Source of the DNA: an uncultured Syntrophomonadaceae bacterium
GTDB taxonomy: Bacteria; Bacillota; Dethiobacteria; DTU022
Length of the DNA: 64,000 bases
Assembly (NCBI GenBank): GCA_964436815.1
Contig: CAYTER010000001.1
Coordinates: forward strand, 11,630-75,629
Direction of reading: 5' to 3'
Positions 19,491-28,496 of this stretch are shown piece by piece. The notes beneath the pieces are model-generated. The model searched no databases. It had not been told where the DNA came from and was given only the letters and a program-made list of their open reading frames with translations. The translations under genes and the position numbers were made by a program. The number at the start of each line of letters is the position of its first letter. Positions within the stretch are counted from its first letter, which is position 1.

Positions 19491-21896
19491 ATGGCTGAAC
19501 AAGAAAGAATGCCGGTGCTGCCCTTAAGGGGCGTCTTGGTATTTCCAAATATGGTTTTACACTTGGATGTAGGACGGGAGCGCTCAATCACGGCCCTGGA
19601 AAAGGCAATGATGAAAGATAACCGTATTTTATTAATTACCCAGAAAGATGCAAAAACCGATGATCCCGCCCGGGAAGATTTATATGAAGTTGGCTCCATC
19701 GCCCGGATTAAGCAGATGATTAAACTACCCGGGGGCACTATCAGGGTTTTGGTGGAAGGTTTAAACCGGGCAAAAATCATTGAACTGCATACAGAAGAAC
19801 AAATTCTTGAGGCCGATCTCGAGCTGATCGAGGATTCGCTCCAAAAAAATGCAGAAATTGAAGCGTTGATGCGCACGGTGCTCTACCAATTTGAACAGTA
19901 TATTAAAATCAGCAGAAAAGTACCACCGGAAACGCTATCCACCGTAGCCGATATTGAAGAACCTGGGCGATTCGCCGATGTAATTGCATCACATCTGAGC
20001 ATGAAGATCCAGCAAAAACAGGAAATCATTGAAGCGATCGATTTGAAAGATCGCCTGGAGAAACTCAATGTTGTATTGGGACGTGAGATGGAAATCCTGG
20101 AAATAGAACGTAAGATTAATCTGCGGGTCCGCAAGCAGATGGAAAAAACCCAGAAGGAATACTACCTGCGCGAACAGATGAAGGCCATTCAAAAGGAGTT
20201 GGGCGAGAAGGACGAGCGGATGGCTGAAGCAGAAGAATACAGGGAAAAAATTGCCGAAGCCAGGCTGCCGGAGGAGGTTGAAGAGAAAGCGTTAAAAGAA
20301 GTTGAACGCCTGGAAAAAATGCCTCCTGCTGCAGCTGAAGGGATTGTAATCCGCACTTATTTAGACTGGCTGCTTGATTTACCCTGGTCGATTGAAACGG
20401 CTGACCGCCTTGATTTGGACATGGCTGAACAGATTCTCGATGAAGATCATTACGGGCTGCAGAAGGTTAAGGAAAGGATTGTTGAATATCTTGCTGTCCG
20501 CCAGCTGGCTGATAAACTCAAAGGACCGATCCTCTGTCTGATTGGGCCTCCCGGAGTTGGTAAGACCTCTCTGGCCAAATCGGTAGCCCGCGCCCTTGAG
20601 CGTAAATTTGTCCGCATTTCCTTAGGCGGGGTTCGGGACGAAGCCGAGGTCCGAGGACACCGCCGCACCTATATCGGAGCTCTGCCCGGCAGAATTATTC
20701 AGGGGATGCGCCAGGCAAAATCAAGAAACCCGGTTTTCCTGATGGATGAAATCGATAAGATGTCAACCGATTTTCGGGGTGATCCATCATCCGCACTGCT
20801 TGAAGTACTTGACCCTGAACAAAACAATGCTTTCAGCGATCACTATATCGAGGTGCCTTTTGACCTCTCGCAGGTTATGTTTATCACAACCGGCAATACC
20901 TCTTATAACATTCCTCAGCCTTTGCTTGACCGGATGGAGCTGATCCATATTCCCGGATATACCGAGGAGGATAAAGTTGAAATTGCCAGGCAGTACCTGG
21001 TGCCAAAGCAGCTTAAGGAGCATGGATTGACTGCGAAGAACCTGGAGGTTTCCGAAGGGGCTATCCGCAGGATTATCAGGGAGTATACCAGGGAAGCGGG
21101 AGTGCGCAACCTGGAAAGAAATATATCGGCGATCTGTCGAAAAGTAGCCCGTGAAGTGGTCAAAGATCGGAAGAAACATATCAGGATCACCAGGCAAAAC
21201 CTGCAGAAATACTTAGGGGTGCCGCGCTATCGCTACGGCTCAGCCGAGAAAGAGGACGAGATCGGGGTCGCAACCGGTCTGGCCTGGACCGAATCAGGCG
21301 GCGATCTGCTGTCAATCGAAGTTACCCTGATGAAAGGCAAAGGCAAGATGACCCTCACCGGACAGCTTGGAGATGTCATGCAGGAATCGGCCAAGGCGGC
21401 AATCAGTTACATTCGATCTCGTGCCGATGCCCTGGGACTGCATGAAAACTTTTACGAAGAGATTGATATTCACATTCACGTGCCTGAAGGGGCGATTCCC
21501 AAGGACGGTCCGTCTGCCGGGATTGCCATTGCTACGGCGCTGGCATCCGCATTAACCAAAACGCCGATCCGCAAGGATGTCACTATGACCGGTGAAATAA
21601 CCCTGCGCGGCAGAGTGCTGCCGATTGGCGGAGTGAAGGAGAAGATGCTGGCTGCCCACCGGGCCGGGATTCGCAACATCCTGCTCCCGGCTGAAAACCG
21701 GCGCGACTTAAGCGATATTCCGCAAAATGTGCGGCGTAAAATTGAGGTTAAACTGGTGGAGCATATGGATGAGGTTCTTGCCATGGCCCTTTCCGACCCG
21801 GCGTTAAAGACCGGAGATAAGCGGAAACAGAAAAAGATCAGGGAAAACAACCTGGGGCTGCCTGACGAAAGCCGGGATTCAGCCATACAACATTGA
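19491..21896 (+). CDS. lon: ATP-dependent protease Lon
   Basis: 801 aa. LON N-terminal domain, Walker [10 protein letters not shown], and a protease domain with Ser-Lys dyad context (PKDGPSAG). Confidence 0.95.
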   Translation: MAEQERMPVLPLRGVLVFPNMVLHLDVGRERSITALEKAMMKDNRILLITQKDAKTDDPAREDLYEVGSIARIKQMIKLPGGTIRVLVEGLNRAKIIELHTEEQILEADLELIEDSLQKNAEIEALMRTVLYQFEQYIKISRKVPPETLSTVADIEEPGRFADVIASHLSMKIQQKQEIIEAIDLKDRLEKLNVVLGREMEILEIERKINLRVRKQMEKTQKEYYLREQMKAIQKELGEKDERMAEAEEYREKIAEARLPEEVEEKALKEVERLEKMPPAAAEGIVIRTYLDWLLDLPWSIETADRLDLDMAEQILDEDHYGLQKVKERIVEYLAVRQLADKLKGPILCLIGPPGVGKTSLAKSVARALERKFVRISLGGVRDEAEVRGHRRTYIGALPGRIIQGMRQAKSRNPVFLMDEIDKMSTDFRGDPSSALLEVLDPEQNNAFSDHYIEVPFDLSQVMFITTGNTSYNIPQPLLDRMELIHIPGYTEEDKVEIARQYLVPKQLKEHGLTAKNLEVSEGAIRRIIREYTREAGVRNLERNISAICRKVAREVVKDRKKHIRITRQNLQKYLGVPRYRYGSAEKEDEIGVATGLAWTESGGDLLSIEVTLMKGKGKMTLTGQLGDVMQESAKAAISYIRSRADALGLHENFYEEIDIHIHVPEGAIPKDGPSAGIAIATALASALTKTPIRKDVTMTGEITLRGRVLPIGGVKEKMLAAHRAGIRNILLPAENRRDLSDIPQNVRRKIEVKLVEHMDEVLAMALSDPALKTGDKRKQKKIRENNLGLPDESRDSAIQH

Positions 21897-21932
21897 TCTT
21901 ATGTATAACCAAATGTAAAAAGGTGAGAAAAG

Positions 21933-22517
21933 GTGCGAATTAACAAGGCAGAATTAAAAGCGGCAGCCTATAGCCCAAAAGACTTTCCCTCCTGGGATGT
22001 GCCGGAAATTTCATTTATCGGGCGCTCCAACGTAGGTAAATCTTCACTGCTGAACAGCCTGATTGGGCGTAAAAACCTGGCCCGGATCAGTTCCACCCCG
22101 GGTAAAACCAGGGGGCTATACTTTTACCTGCTCAATGAATCTATCTGCTTTGTTGATCTGCCCGGTTATGGCTATGCCAAAGTCTCGAAAAAAGAACGTG
22201 AACGCTGGGCGCCGATCATTGAAGATTACCTGGCCAACCGTAGTACCCTGCGCGGCTGCCTGCATTTGATCGATTGCCGTCACGAACCGACTGCAGACGA
22301 TCGGCTGATGTCTGGGTGGTTGCGTGCCCACACCATACCGACTGTCACAGTTGCGACCAAGTCAGACAAGCTGTCACGCAGCGCCCTGCAGCGCCAACTT
22401 AAAGTGATTCACACCGGCCTCGGTTTGTTTGATGAGGATCGGCTGCTGCCGTTTTCAGCGCAAACTGCTGCCGGACGCGATCAACTCTGGCAGGAGATTC
22501 GTACACTCCTGGCCTGA
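21933..22517 (+). CDS. engB: Ribosome biogenesis GTPase YihA/EngB
   Basis: 194 aa. G1 motif GRSNVGKSSL and G3 motif DLPGYG. Confidence 0.85.
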   Translation: MRINKAELKAAAYSPKDFPSWDVPEISFIGRSNVGKSSLLNSLIGRKNLARISSTPGKTRGLYFYLLNESICFVDLPGYGYAKVSKKERERWAPIIEDYLANRSTLRGCLHLIDCRHEPTADDRLMSGWLRAHTIPTVTVATKSDKLSRSALQRQLKVIHTGLGLFDEDRLLPFSAQTAAGRDQLWQEIRTLLA

Positions 22518-22564
22518 AATTTTAGCTCCATCAAATCTTTCTGTTATGAGTCTGGAGGTCAGAC

Positions 22565-23335
22565 ATGCCCGTTGCAGGAATAGATATCGGTTCCCTGACA
22601 GCTGAAGTTGTAATTATGGAAAAGAATCAAATTATCAGCTATGTAATCCGGCCGACAGGGGCTAACAGCAAGAGGGCTGCTGAAATGGCAATGCAGGAGG
22701 CCCTTTCTGCGGCAGCTCTGAAAATATCTGATTTAAGCTCCATTGTAGCTACAGGGTACGGACGGATCAGTATCGATTTTGCCGACAAAAGGATTACCGA
22801 AATTACCTGCCACGGACGGGGCGCTTTTTACTGGGATCCGGCTGTCAGAACAGTTATTGACATCGGGGGGCAGGACAGCAAGGTAATCTGCCTGGCCGAG
22901 CATGGCCGGGTAACCGACTTTGCCATGAACGATAAATGCGCGGCCGGAACCGGACGGTTTTTAGAGGTAATGGCCGGTGCTCTTGAAGTTGAAATCGGCC
23001 AACTTGCCGCTCTCAGCGAAAGCGCTCGCAATTCAGTTTCAATCAGCAGTATGTGTACCGTGTTTGCCGAATCTGAAGTGGTATCACTCATCGCCCAGGG
23101 TCTGCCACGGGAAGACATTGCCAGCGGTTTGCACCAGTCGATTGCTGATCGCACGGCTGGCCTGATCCGCAGGGTCGGTTTAAATGAGAAGGTCATGATG
23201 ACCGGTGGGGTAGCGCGCAACCATGCAGTTGTCAAGGCGCTCAACGAAAAACTGAAGACTGTCATTATAGTCCCTGATGAGCCGCAGATTGCCGGGGCTC
23301 TTGGCGCTGCGTTACTGGCGCAGGAAGATATTTGA
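22565..23335 (+). CDS. BadF/BadG/BcrA/BcrD-type ATPase; (R)-2-hydroxyacyl-CoA dehydratase activase-like (HgdC-like)
   Basis: 256 aa. N-terminal GIDIGS actin-like ATPase fold, at the length of a component-A activase. No dehydratase partner lies nearby. Confidence 0.65.
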   Translation: MPVAGIDIGSLTAEVVIMEKNQIISYVIRPTGANSKRAAEMAMQEALSAAALKISDLSSIVATGYGRISIDFADKRITEITCHGRGAFYWDPAVRTVIDIGGQDSKVICLAEHGRVTDFAMNDKCAAGTGRFLEVMAGALEVEIGQLAALSESARNSVSISSMCTVFAESEVVSLIAQGLPREDIASGLHQSIADRTAGLIRRVGLNEKVMMTGGVARNHAVVKALNEKLKTVIIVPDEPQIAGALGAALLAQEDI

Positions 23336-23356
23336 ACTTCTGCATATCAAGCTCAA

Positions 23357-23923
23357 TTATTTAAAAGCCCGATCAAGCCTGTTTAACAGCAGGCTTTTTT
23401 TAATCTGCCTGCTGAGCATTGCTGAGAGGGCTACTTTAAGCAGATCGAATAGAATAAATGGTGCAACTCCTGCCAGGAAAGCCTGTTTGATGCTGAAATG
23501 CATCAACAAGCTTAACTGCAGGGTTCCAAAAAAATAAATTAGCCCCAGCGCCGGCAGCATGGCGACTATTAATTGCCAAACAGTCGGCTGCTCCTTCTTT
23601 TCAAGCAGCAGTGCTGTAATGAATGCTGCTGGCATAAATCCGATCAAATAGCCGCCGCCAGGCCCCGTTAACATATAAAGGCCGCCGCGAGCCATGGAAA
23701 AAACCGGTATGCCGGCGGCGCCAATTAGCAGGTAAGCGATAATGGTCAAGAGCGCAGCCCGCTTGGGGAGCAGCGCACCGGTGATTAGGACTCCTACGAC
23801 CTGACCGGTAAACGGTACCGGGCTGATCGGCAGCGGAATGGCTATCTGAGCGAGGATGGCAATCAGCGCCGTAAAAAAAGCGCAGAGAGTCAGCTGGGCA
23901 GTTGAGAGGCTGGTCCTGGCCAT
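23357..23923 (-). CDS. bioY: Biotin transporter BioY (ECF S-component)
   Basis: 188 aa. Characteristic BioY helices (IAIPLPISPVPFTGQ...). Confidence 0.85.
   Translation of the reverse strand: MARTSLSTAQLTLCAFFTALIAILAQIAIPLPISPVPFTGQVVGVLITGALLPKRAALLTIIAYLLIGAAGIPVFSMARGGLYMLTGPGGGYLIGFMPAAFITALLLEKKEQPTVWQLIVAMLPALGLIYFFGTLQLSLLMHFSIKQAFLAGVAPFILFDLLKVALSAMLSRQIKKSLLLNRLDRAFK
23375..23402 (+). terminator. Rho-independent terminator after the activase gene, lying within the bioY 3' end
   Basis: AAGCCTG, an 8-nt loop, CAGGCTT, then TTTTTTT. It overlaps the C-terminal codons of the convergent bioY. Confidence 0.4.
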
Positions 23924-24874
23924 TTAGACTAACTCTCCAAAGTTAACCAGCTGGTTATCGCCATTATGATCAATAACAACCAGTTTTCCTTCAGCGGTAA
24001 GGCGATCAGCCACCCCGGTCAGGGTCCCGCCCGCCCACTTGACAGTTACTTGATGGCCAAGGGTTATGTTGTGCTTCTCCCAGTTCCGGTGAAATGGCTT
24101 AAACCCCTGATCTTCAAAAATCCTGTAGGCTTTAAGCAGTTCCCGGTGCAGATTGACAAAAAGATCTGACCGGTCAAATCTATGACCGCTTTCGATAAAA
24201 AGTGAGGTTGCCGAATTTTTTAATGCAGGCGGAAAATCTGCTGCTGCCTGGTTAACATTAAGGCCAATGCCGACCACCAGATAATCAATTCGATCCGGCT
24301 CACCTTTAATTTCAGTCAGGATACCGGCAACTTTTTTGCTGCCTAGCAACAGATCATTAGGCCATTTTATTTGAACCGGAAGTTGATAATCTGCTCGAAG
24401 ATATTCAGCTATTACCGCAGCTGTTACCAGGGTTAGAGGGTTGGCTTCTGCCGGGTTCAAATAAGCCGGACGGAGGAGAATTGAAAACCAGAGTCCGCTT
24501 GCCGGCGGTGAAAACCAGTTTCTGTCCAGGCGGCCCCTGCCGGAGGTCTGGTGATCGGCAACGACTGTGGTCAGGGTGGGAGCGTGATCTTCAGCCAGGC
24601 GGCGGGCGGTATAATTAGTCGAATCGGTAACCGGCAGGTAAACAATCTGGCTGCCCTTTGTCACCCTTTCATCAAGCAGGTCCGGCTCATTATCCAGCCG
24701 GTAGCCGTAGTTCGAGCGGGCGGTTATCCGGTAGCCTGCAGATCTTAAGGCGCCGATCTGTTTCCAGACAGCTGAGCGGCTGATTCCGAAAATGCTGCCG
24801 ATCTCTGATCCGGAAATCGGTTTTTCCCGATTGGCTTGCAAGATTTCCAGGATTTTTCTGCTGGTGTTGTCCAA
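23924..24874 (-). CDS. birA: Bifunctional biotin-protein ligase / biotin operon repressor
   Basis: 316 aa. N-terminal winged HTH, a BPL catalytic domain (GRGR motif) and a C-terminal SH3-like domain. Directly precedes bioY. Confidence 0.9.
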   Translation of the reverse strand: MDNTSRKILEILQANREKPISGSEIGSIFGISRSAVWKQIGALRSAGYRITARSNYGYRLDNEPDLLDERVTKGSQIVYLPVTDSTNYTARRLAEDHAPTLTTVVADHQTSGRGRLDRNWFSPPASGLWFSILLRPAYLNPAEANPLTLVTAAVIAEYLRADYQLPVQIKWPNDLLLGSKKVAGILTEIKGEPDRIDYLVVGIGLNVNQAAADFPPALKNSATSLFIESGHRFDRSDLFVNLHRELLKAYRIFEDQGFKPFHRNWEKHNITLGHQVTVKWAGGTLTGVADRLTAEGKLVVIDHNGDNQLVNFGELV

Positions 24875-24923
24875 ACTTTCACCTTATTTCAGATTTTGAT
24901 AGAATGATATAAAGAGTTGGAGT

Positions 24924-24962
24924 AATTGTCAACCATATGTCCACTAATTATGGTTGACAATT
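24924..24962. promoter_or_regulatory. BirA operator (bioO)
   Basis: Perfect inverted repeat AATTGTCAACCATA-N11-TATGGTTGACAATT about 50 nt upstream of birA. It matches the TGTnAACC/GGTTnACA type BirA sites. Confidence 0.6.
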
Positions 24963-25003
24963 AAACCTAAAAGTTTGCTGAAACCTATTTATTAATTATC
25001 AAC

Positions 25004-25036
25004 AGGAAAAAGGCGCAGTTTGTATTTAACTGCGCC
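25004..25036 (-). terminator. Terminator-like hairpin (minus-strand orientation) between birA and the EBP gene
   Basis: GGCGCAGT, a 9-nt loop, ACTGCGCC. A T-run follows only on the minus strand (TTTTTCC). Possible insulator of the birA promoter region. Confidence 0.3.
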
Positions 25037-25163
25037 CATCAAATATATATAAAAAGAGGGGGTCAACTCGATCATATTATAACGCCCTTATATTACAGGA
25101 ATATTACAAACAGGTTGTTTTTGGATTACAAAAGAATTTATGATCCTGCGGGAGATATGAATT

Positions 25164-26930
25164 ATGCTAGAGGCAAAAGATCTGATGTTGAAAAAGCCTT
25201 CGAGGGTTGCCGCCCAAGAACCTGCAGCTATTGCGCTTAATCGGTTGTTAACAGCGGAAGGGCAAGTATTGGCGGTTTTCGAGGGTAAAGCTTACCGGGG
25301 TTTAATTTCTGCAGAGTCAGTTATCAGATTATTGGATAACCAAAAGGAACTCAACCAGGGAAAAGCTGTTGATCTGGTTGTTGCTGACTGCCCTGTGGTG
25401 TCACCGCATGCTAATCTTGATCAGATTACCGGGCTGTTAAAGCGCTGCCCGGTTCTTGCTGTCATATCAGGTCAGGGTAAACTGGCTGGTGTCATTACCA
25501 ACTGCTTGCTGGCAATTAGACTGGCCACAAAGGTCGAAGAGCTTGAAAAAGAGTTTGATGCCGCGATCAGTTTTTCATCGGACGAGATTTTAATTGCTGA
25601 TCGTGAGGGAAGAATCCTCAGGGCTAACCGCCATTTTGAGGAGAATTTCGGGGTTAAGCTTGAAACTGTCCTCGGGAAGAATGTAGATGAACTGGAAAAG
25701 AAAAAAATATTTTTTCCTTCGGTTACCAGGCTTGTCCTCGATAAAAAGGATGTCCAGACGGTCATTCAATCCCGCCGTGACGGCCGCAAACTGCTGGCGA
25801 CAGGAACCCCGGTTTTTAATGAGGACGGTTCGGTTTTCAGGGTTGTGGTTAACACCCGGGATATTACTAAACTTAATAACCTGAAGCAAAAGCTGGAAGA
25901 AGCGGAGCTGCTGAAAAACAGGTACCAGCAGGAGCTGGTTGAACTGCGGCAGGGCTTCCTCGGCAGCAGCGACCTGATAGCCGAAAGTCAGGCTATGGTG
26001 GAACTGTTAGCGATTGCGCAAAAAATCGCTGCTGTTGATTCCACGGTACTCCTCACCGGGGAATCCGGGGTGGGCAAAGGGATGATTGCCCGCTATATCC
26101 ATAACTGCAGCCCCCGGGCCAATAATCCCTTTACGGTAGTCAACTGCGGGGCGATTCCTGAAAATTTGCTGGAGAGCGAGCTTTTTGGCTATGCCGGAGG
26201 GGCTTTTACCGGAGCTCTGAAAGAAGGGAAAATCGGTAAACTGGAGCTGGCAAACAAAGGCACGCTTTTCCTTGACGAAATAGCCGACCTGCCGCTTAAC
26301 CTGCAGGTCAAGCTCCTGCATGTGATCCAGGAAGGTGTAATCAGCAGGATCGGTAGCTCCAAAGAGATTAAGCTTAATTTGCGTTTTATCGCTGCTACCA
26401 ATCGTGACATATCTGCGCTGGTTGAAGAAGGTAAGTTTCGGGAAGACCTCTACTTCAGGCTTGATGTAATTCCGCTCCTGGTTCCCCCATTAAGAGAACG
26501 CCGGGAGGATATTATTAAACTGACCGCGGCTTTCTTAGATAAACTGAATCGCCGTTATCAGAAGCATAAGTCCTTTACCAAAGAAGCGCTGGCTGTCCTT
26601 AAAACTTACAGTTGGCCTGGAAACGTGCGGGAGCTGGAAAACCTGATTGAGCGGATGATCATTGTCGTTGAAGCTGACGAGATCGGACCGGAAAGACTGC
26701 CCCGTCACCTGCATGGTGGTGGGGGCACAAGTGCTTTAATGCCTCAGCAGGTCGGGCTGCAACCATTAAAGCAAGCACTGCAGGACCTGGAAACAGAGCT
26801 TTTGAAAAAAGCCCTTGACCGTTACCGGACAACGTATGAAATAGCAGCTGCCCTGCAGATCGATCAGTCCACAGTTGTCCGTAAACTCAAAAAGTACAAG
26901 TTGACTGCGATCGATCGAAACCCCACTTAA
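25164..26930 (+). CDS. Sigma-54-dependent transcriptional activator with N-terminal CBS pair and PAS domain
   Basis: 588 aa. Contains a Walker A motif (GESGVGKG), the GAFTGA motif (GGAFTGAL) and a C-terminal Fis-type HTH. Confidence 0.85.
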   Translation: MLEAKDLMLKKPSRVAAQEPAAIALNRLLTAEGQVLAVFEGKAYRGLISAESVIRLLDNQKELNQGKAVDLVVADCPVVSPHANLDQITGLLKRCPVLAVISGQGKLAGVITNCLLAIRLATKVEELEKEFDAAISFSSDEILIADREGRILRANRHFEENFGVKLETVLGKNVDELEKKKIFFPSVTRLVLDKKDVQTVIQSRRDGRKLLATGTPVFNEDGSVFRVVVNTRDITKLNNLKQKLEEAELLKNRYQQELVELRQGFLGSSDLIAESQAMVELLAIAQKIAAVDSTVLLTGESGVGKGMIARYIHNCSPRANNPFTVVNCGAIPENLLESELFGYAGGAFTGALKEGKIGKLELANKGTLFLDEIADLPLNLQVKLLHVIQEGVISRIGSSKEIKLNLRFIAATNRDISALVEEGKFREDLYFRLDVIPLLVPPLRERREDIIKLTAAFLDKLNRRYQKHKSFTKEALAVLKTYSWPGNVRELENLIERMIIVVEADEIGPERLPRHLHGGGGTSALMPQQVGLQPLKQALQDLETELLKKALDRYRTTYEIAAALQIDQSTVVRKLKKYKLTAIDRNPT

Positions 26931-26950
26931 GTCCTGCTAATGCAACAATG

Positions 26951-27085
26951 CATCATTAATGCAATGCTGCATCAAATCTTTGCTCTTCCTCTAAAAAAAT
27001 AGCGGCATTTTATTCTTTCGGAGCCCCGATTTTGCCTAAACAACGCGAATCTGATTAATGATGTCAAATATTGGCATCATTAATT
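26951..27085. promoter_or_regulatory. Candidate upstream activator sites: three copies of CATCATTAATG
   Basis: Copies at 26951-26961, 27055-27063 (reverse orientation) and 27075-27085. The last two form the inverted repeat ATTAATGATG-N11-CATCATTAAT just upstream of the sigma-54 promoter. Confidence 0.35.
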
Positions 27086-27090
27086 GTGAA

Positions 27091-27106
27091 TGGCATCACT
27101 ATTGCT
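27091..27106 (+). promoter_or_regulatory. Sigma-54 (-24/-12) promoter
   Basis: TGGCATcactaTTGCT matches TGGCAC-N5-TTGCW. It lies about 40 nt upstream of the aminotransferase start at 27147. Confidence 0.6.
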
Positions 27107-27146
27107 ATATATAGATTCAGCAATAAAAATGAAAGGGGTTAAGCGA

Positions 27147-28496
27147 ATGAGTAAAAGCAGCAAACAGCCGGGATTGAGCGGACCCGGACCCAAATCGGAA
27201 GAACTCCTGAAAATGCGTGACGAAAACGTTGCCCGCGGTATATCTTACGTGTTGCCTGTTTTTGTTGAAGAGGCCAAGGGTGCGCTGATCAGGGATATTG
27301 ACGGCAATGAATATATTGATTTTGCCACCGGTATTGGGGTGGTCAATTTCGGCCATAACCATCCCGCGGTTGTCGATGCCATTAAAAAACAGGCCGACCA
27401 GTACTTGCATACCTGTTTCATGGTTGCTATGTACGAGCCTTATGTCAGACTGGCGGCAGCCTTGAACGAGATGACTCCTGGCAGGTTTGCGAAGAAAACC
27501 GCATTCTTTAACAGCGGCGCCGAAGCAGTTGAAAATGCTGTGAAGCTGGCCAGGCGGTTTACAAAGAAAACGGCAATCGTAGCCTTGGAATGTGCTTTCC
27601 ATGGCCGGACATTAATGACCATGACGCTTACTTCAAAAGTAAAACCCTATAAATACGGTTACGGGCCTTTCGCTCCCGATGTTTACAAGATCCCTGCGGC
27701 TTATTGCTACCGCTGCCGTTTTGGGTTAACTTATCCTTCCTGCGACCTGTACTGCGCCCGTTATCTTGAACAGTTCTTTGCTGTCGAGTGTACAGCTGAT
27801 AACGTTGCGGCTGTGATCGCCGAGCCGGTCCAGGGAGAAGGGGGATTCATTGTTCCCCCGGAAGGATACTTTAAAGTTCTCCATGAAATTTGCAAGAAGC
27901 ACGAAGTCCTTTTAATCGCTGATGAAATCCAGTCGGGCTTTTACCGGACCGGAACTCCCCTGGCCAGTTTTTATTATGGCATTGAACCGGACTTGATCAC
28001 CATGGCCAAGTCCCTGGCCGGCGGTGTGCCGATCAGCGCCCTGACCGGGAGAGCTGAAGTAATGGATGCCGCCGGTCCGGGTGAAATTGGTGGAACATAT
28101 GGTGGAAACCCGATGGGCTGTGCTGCAGCGCTGGCCGTGCTTGAGGTCGCCAAAAAAGAAAAGCTGGCTGAACAGGCCAAGGAAACAGCTAAAATTACCG
28201 CCGAAAGATTGGACAGCCTGGCCGCCAAATATGAAATGATCGGCGAACACCGTGGACTGGGAGCGATGCGGGCGATCGAGATTGTCAAAGACCGCCACAG
28301 TAAAACCCCTGATCCTGATAAAGCCAAGGCAATTATTAAACGCTGCCACGAACAGGGTTTGATCATTATAACTGCCGGTATCTTCAGTAATGTGATCAGG
28401 CTGCTGATGCCGGTTAACATCCCCTCAGAGCTGTTGGCGAAAGGTTTGGATATTCTTGAAGAAGCAATTGCTGCGGAAGAAGGAGGCAGCCGTTAA
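27147..28496 (+). CDS. Class-III PLP aminotransferase, 4-aminobutyrate/omega-amino-acid:2-oxoglutarate transaminase-like
   Basis: About 450 aa. PLP lysine context (TMAKSLAGG) and the GabT-like fold. The track start at 27090 lies upstream of the sigma-54 promoter, so ATG 27147 is preferred. Confidence 0.8.
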   Translation: MSKSSKQPGLSGPGPKSEELLKMRDENVARGISYVLPVFVEEAKGALIRDIDGNEYIDFATGIGVVNFGHNHPAVVDAIKKQADQYLHTCFMVAMYEPYVRLAAALNEMTPGRFAKKTAFFNSGAEAVENAVKLARRFTKKTAIVALECAFHGRTLMTMTLTSKVKPYKYGYGPFAPDVYKIPAAYCYRCRFGLTYPSCDLYCARYLEQFFAVECTADNVAAVIAEPVQGEGGFIVPPEGYFKVLHEICKKHEVLLIADEIQSGFYRTGTPLASFYYGIEPDLITMAKSLAGGVPISALTGRAEVMDAAGPGEIGGTYGGNPMGCAAALAVLEVAKKEKLAEQAKETAKITAERLDSLAAKYEMIGEHRGLGAMRAIEIVKDRHSKTPDPDKAKAIIKRCHEQGLIIITAGIFSNVIRLLMPVNIPSELLAKGLDILEEAIAAEEGGSR

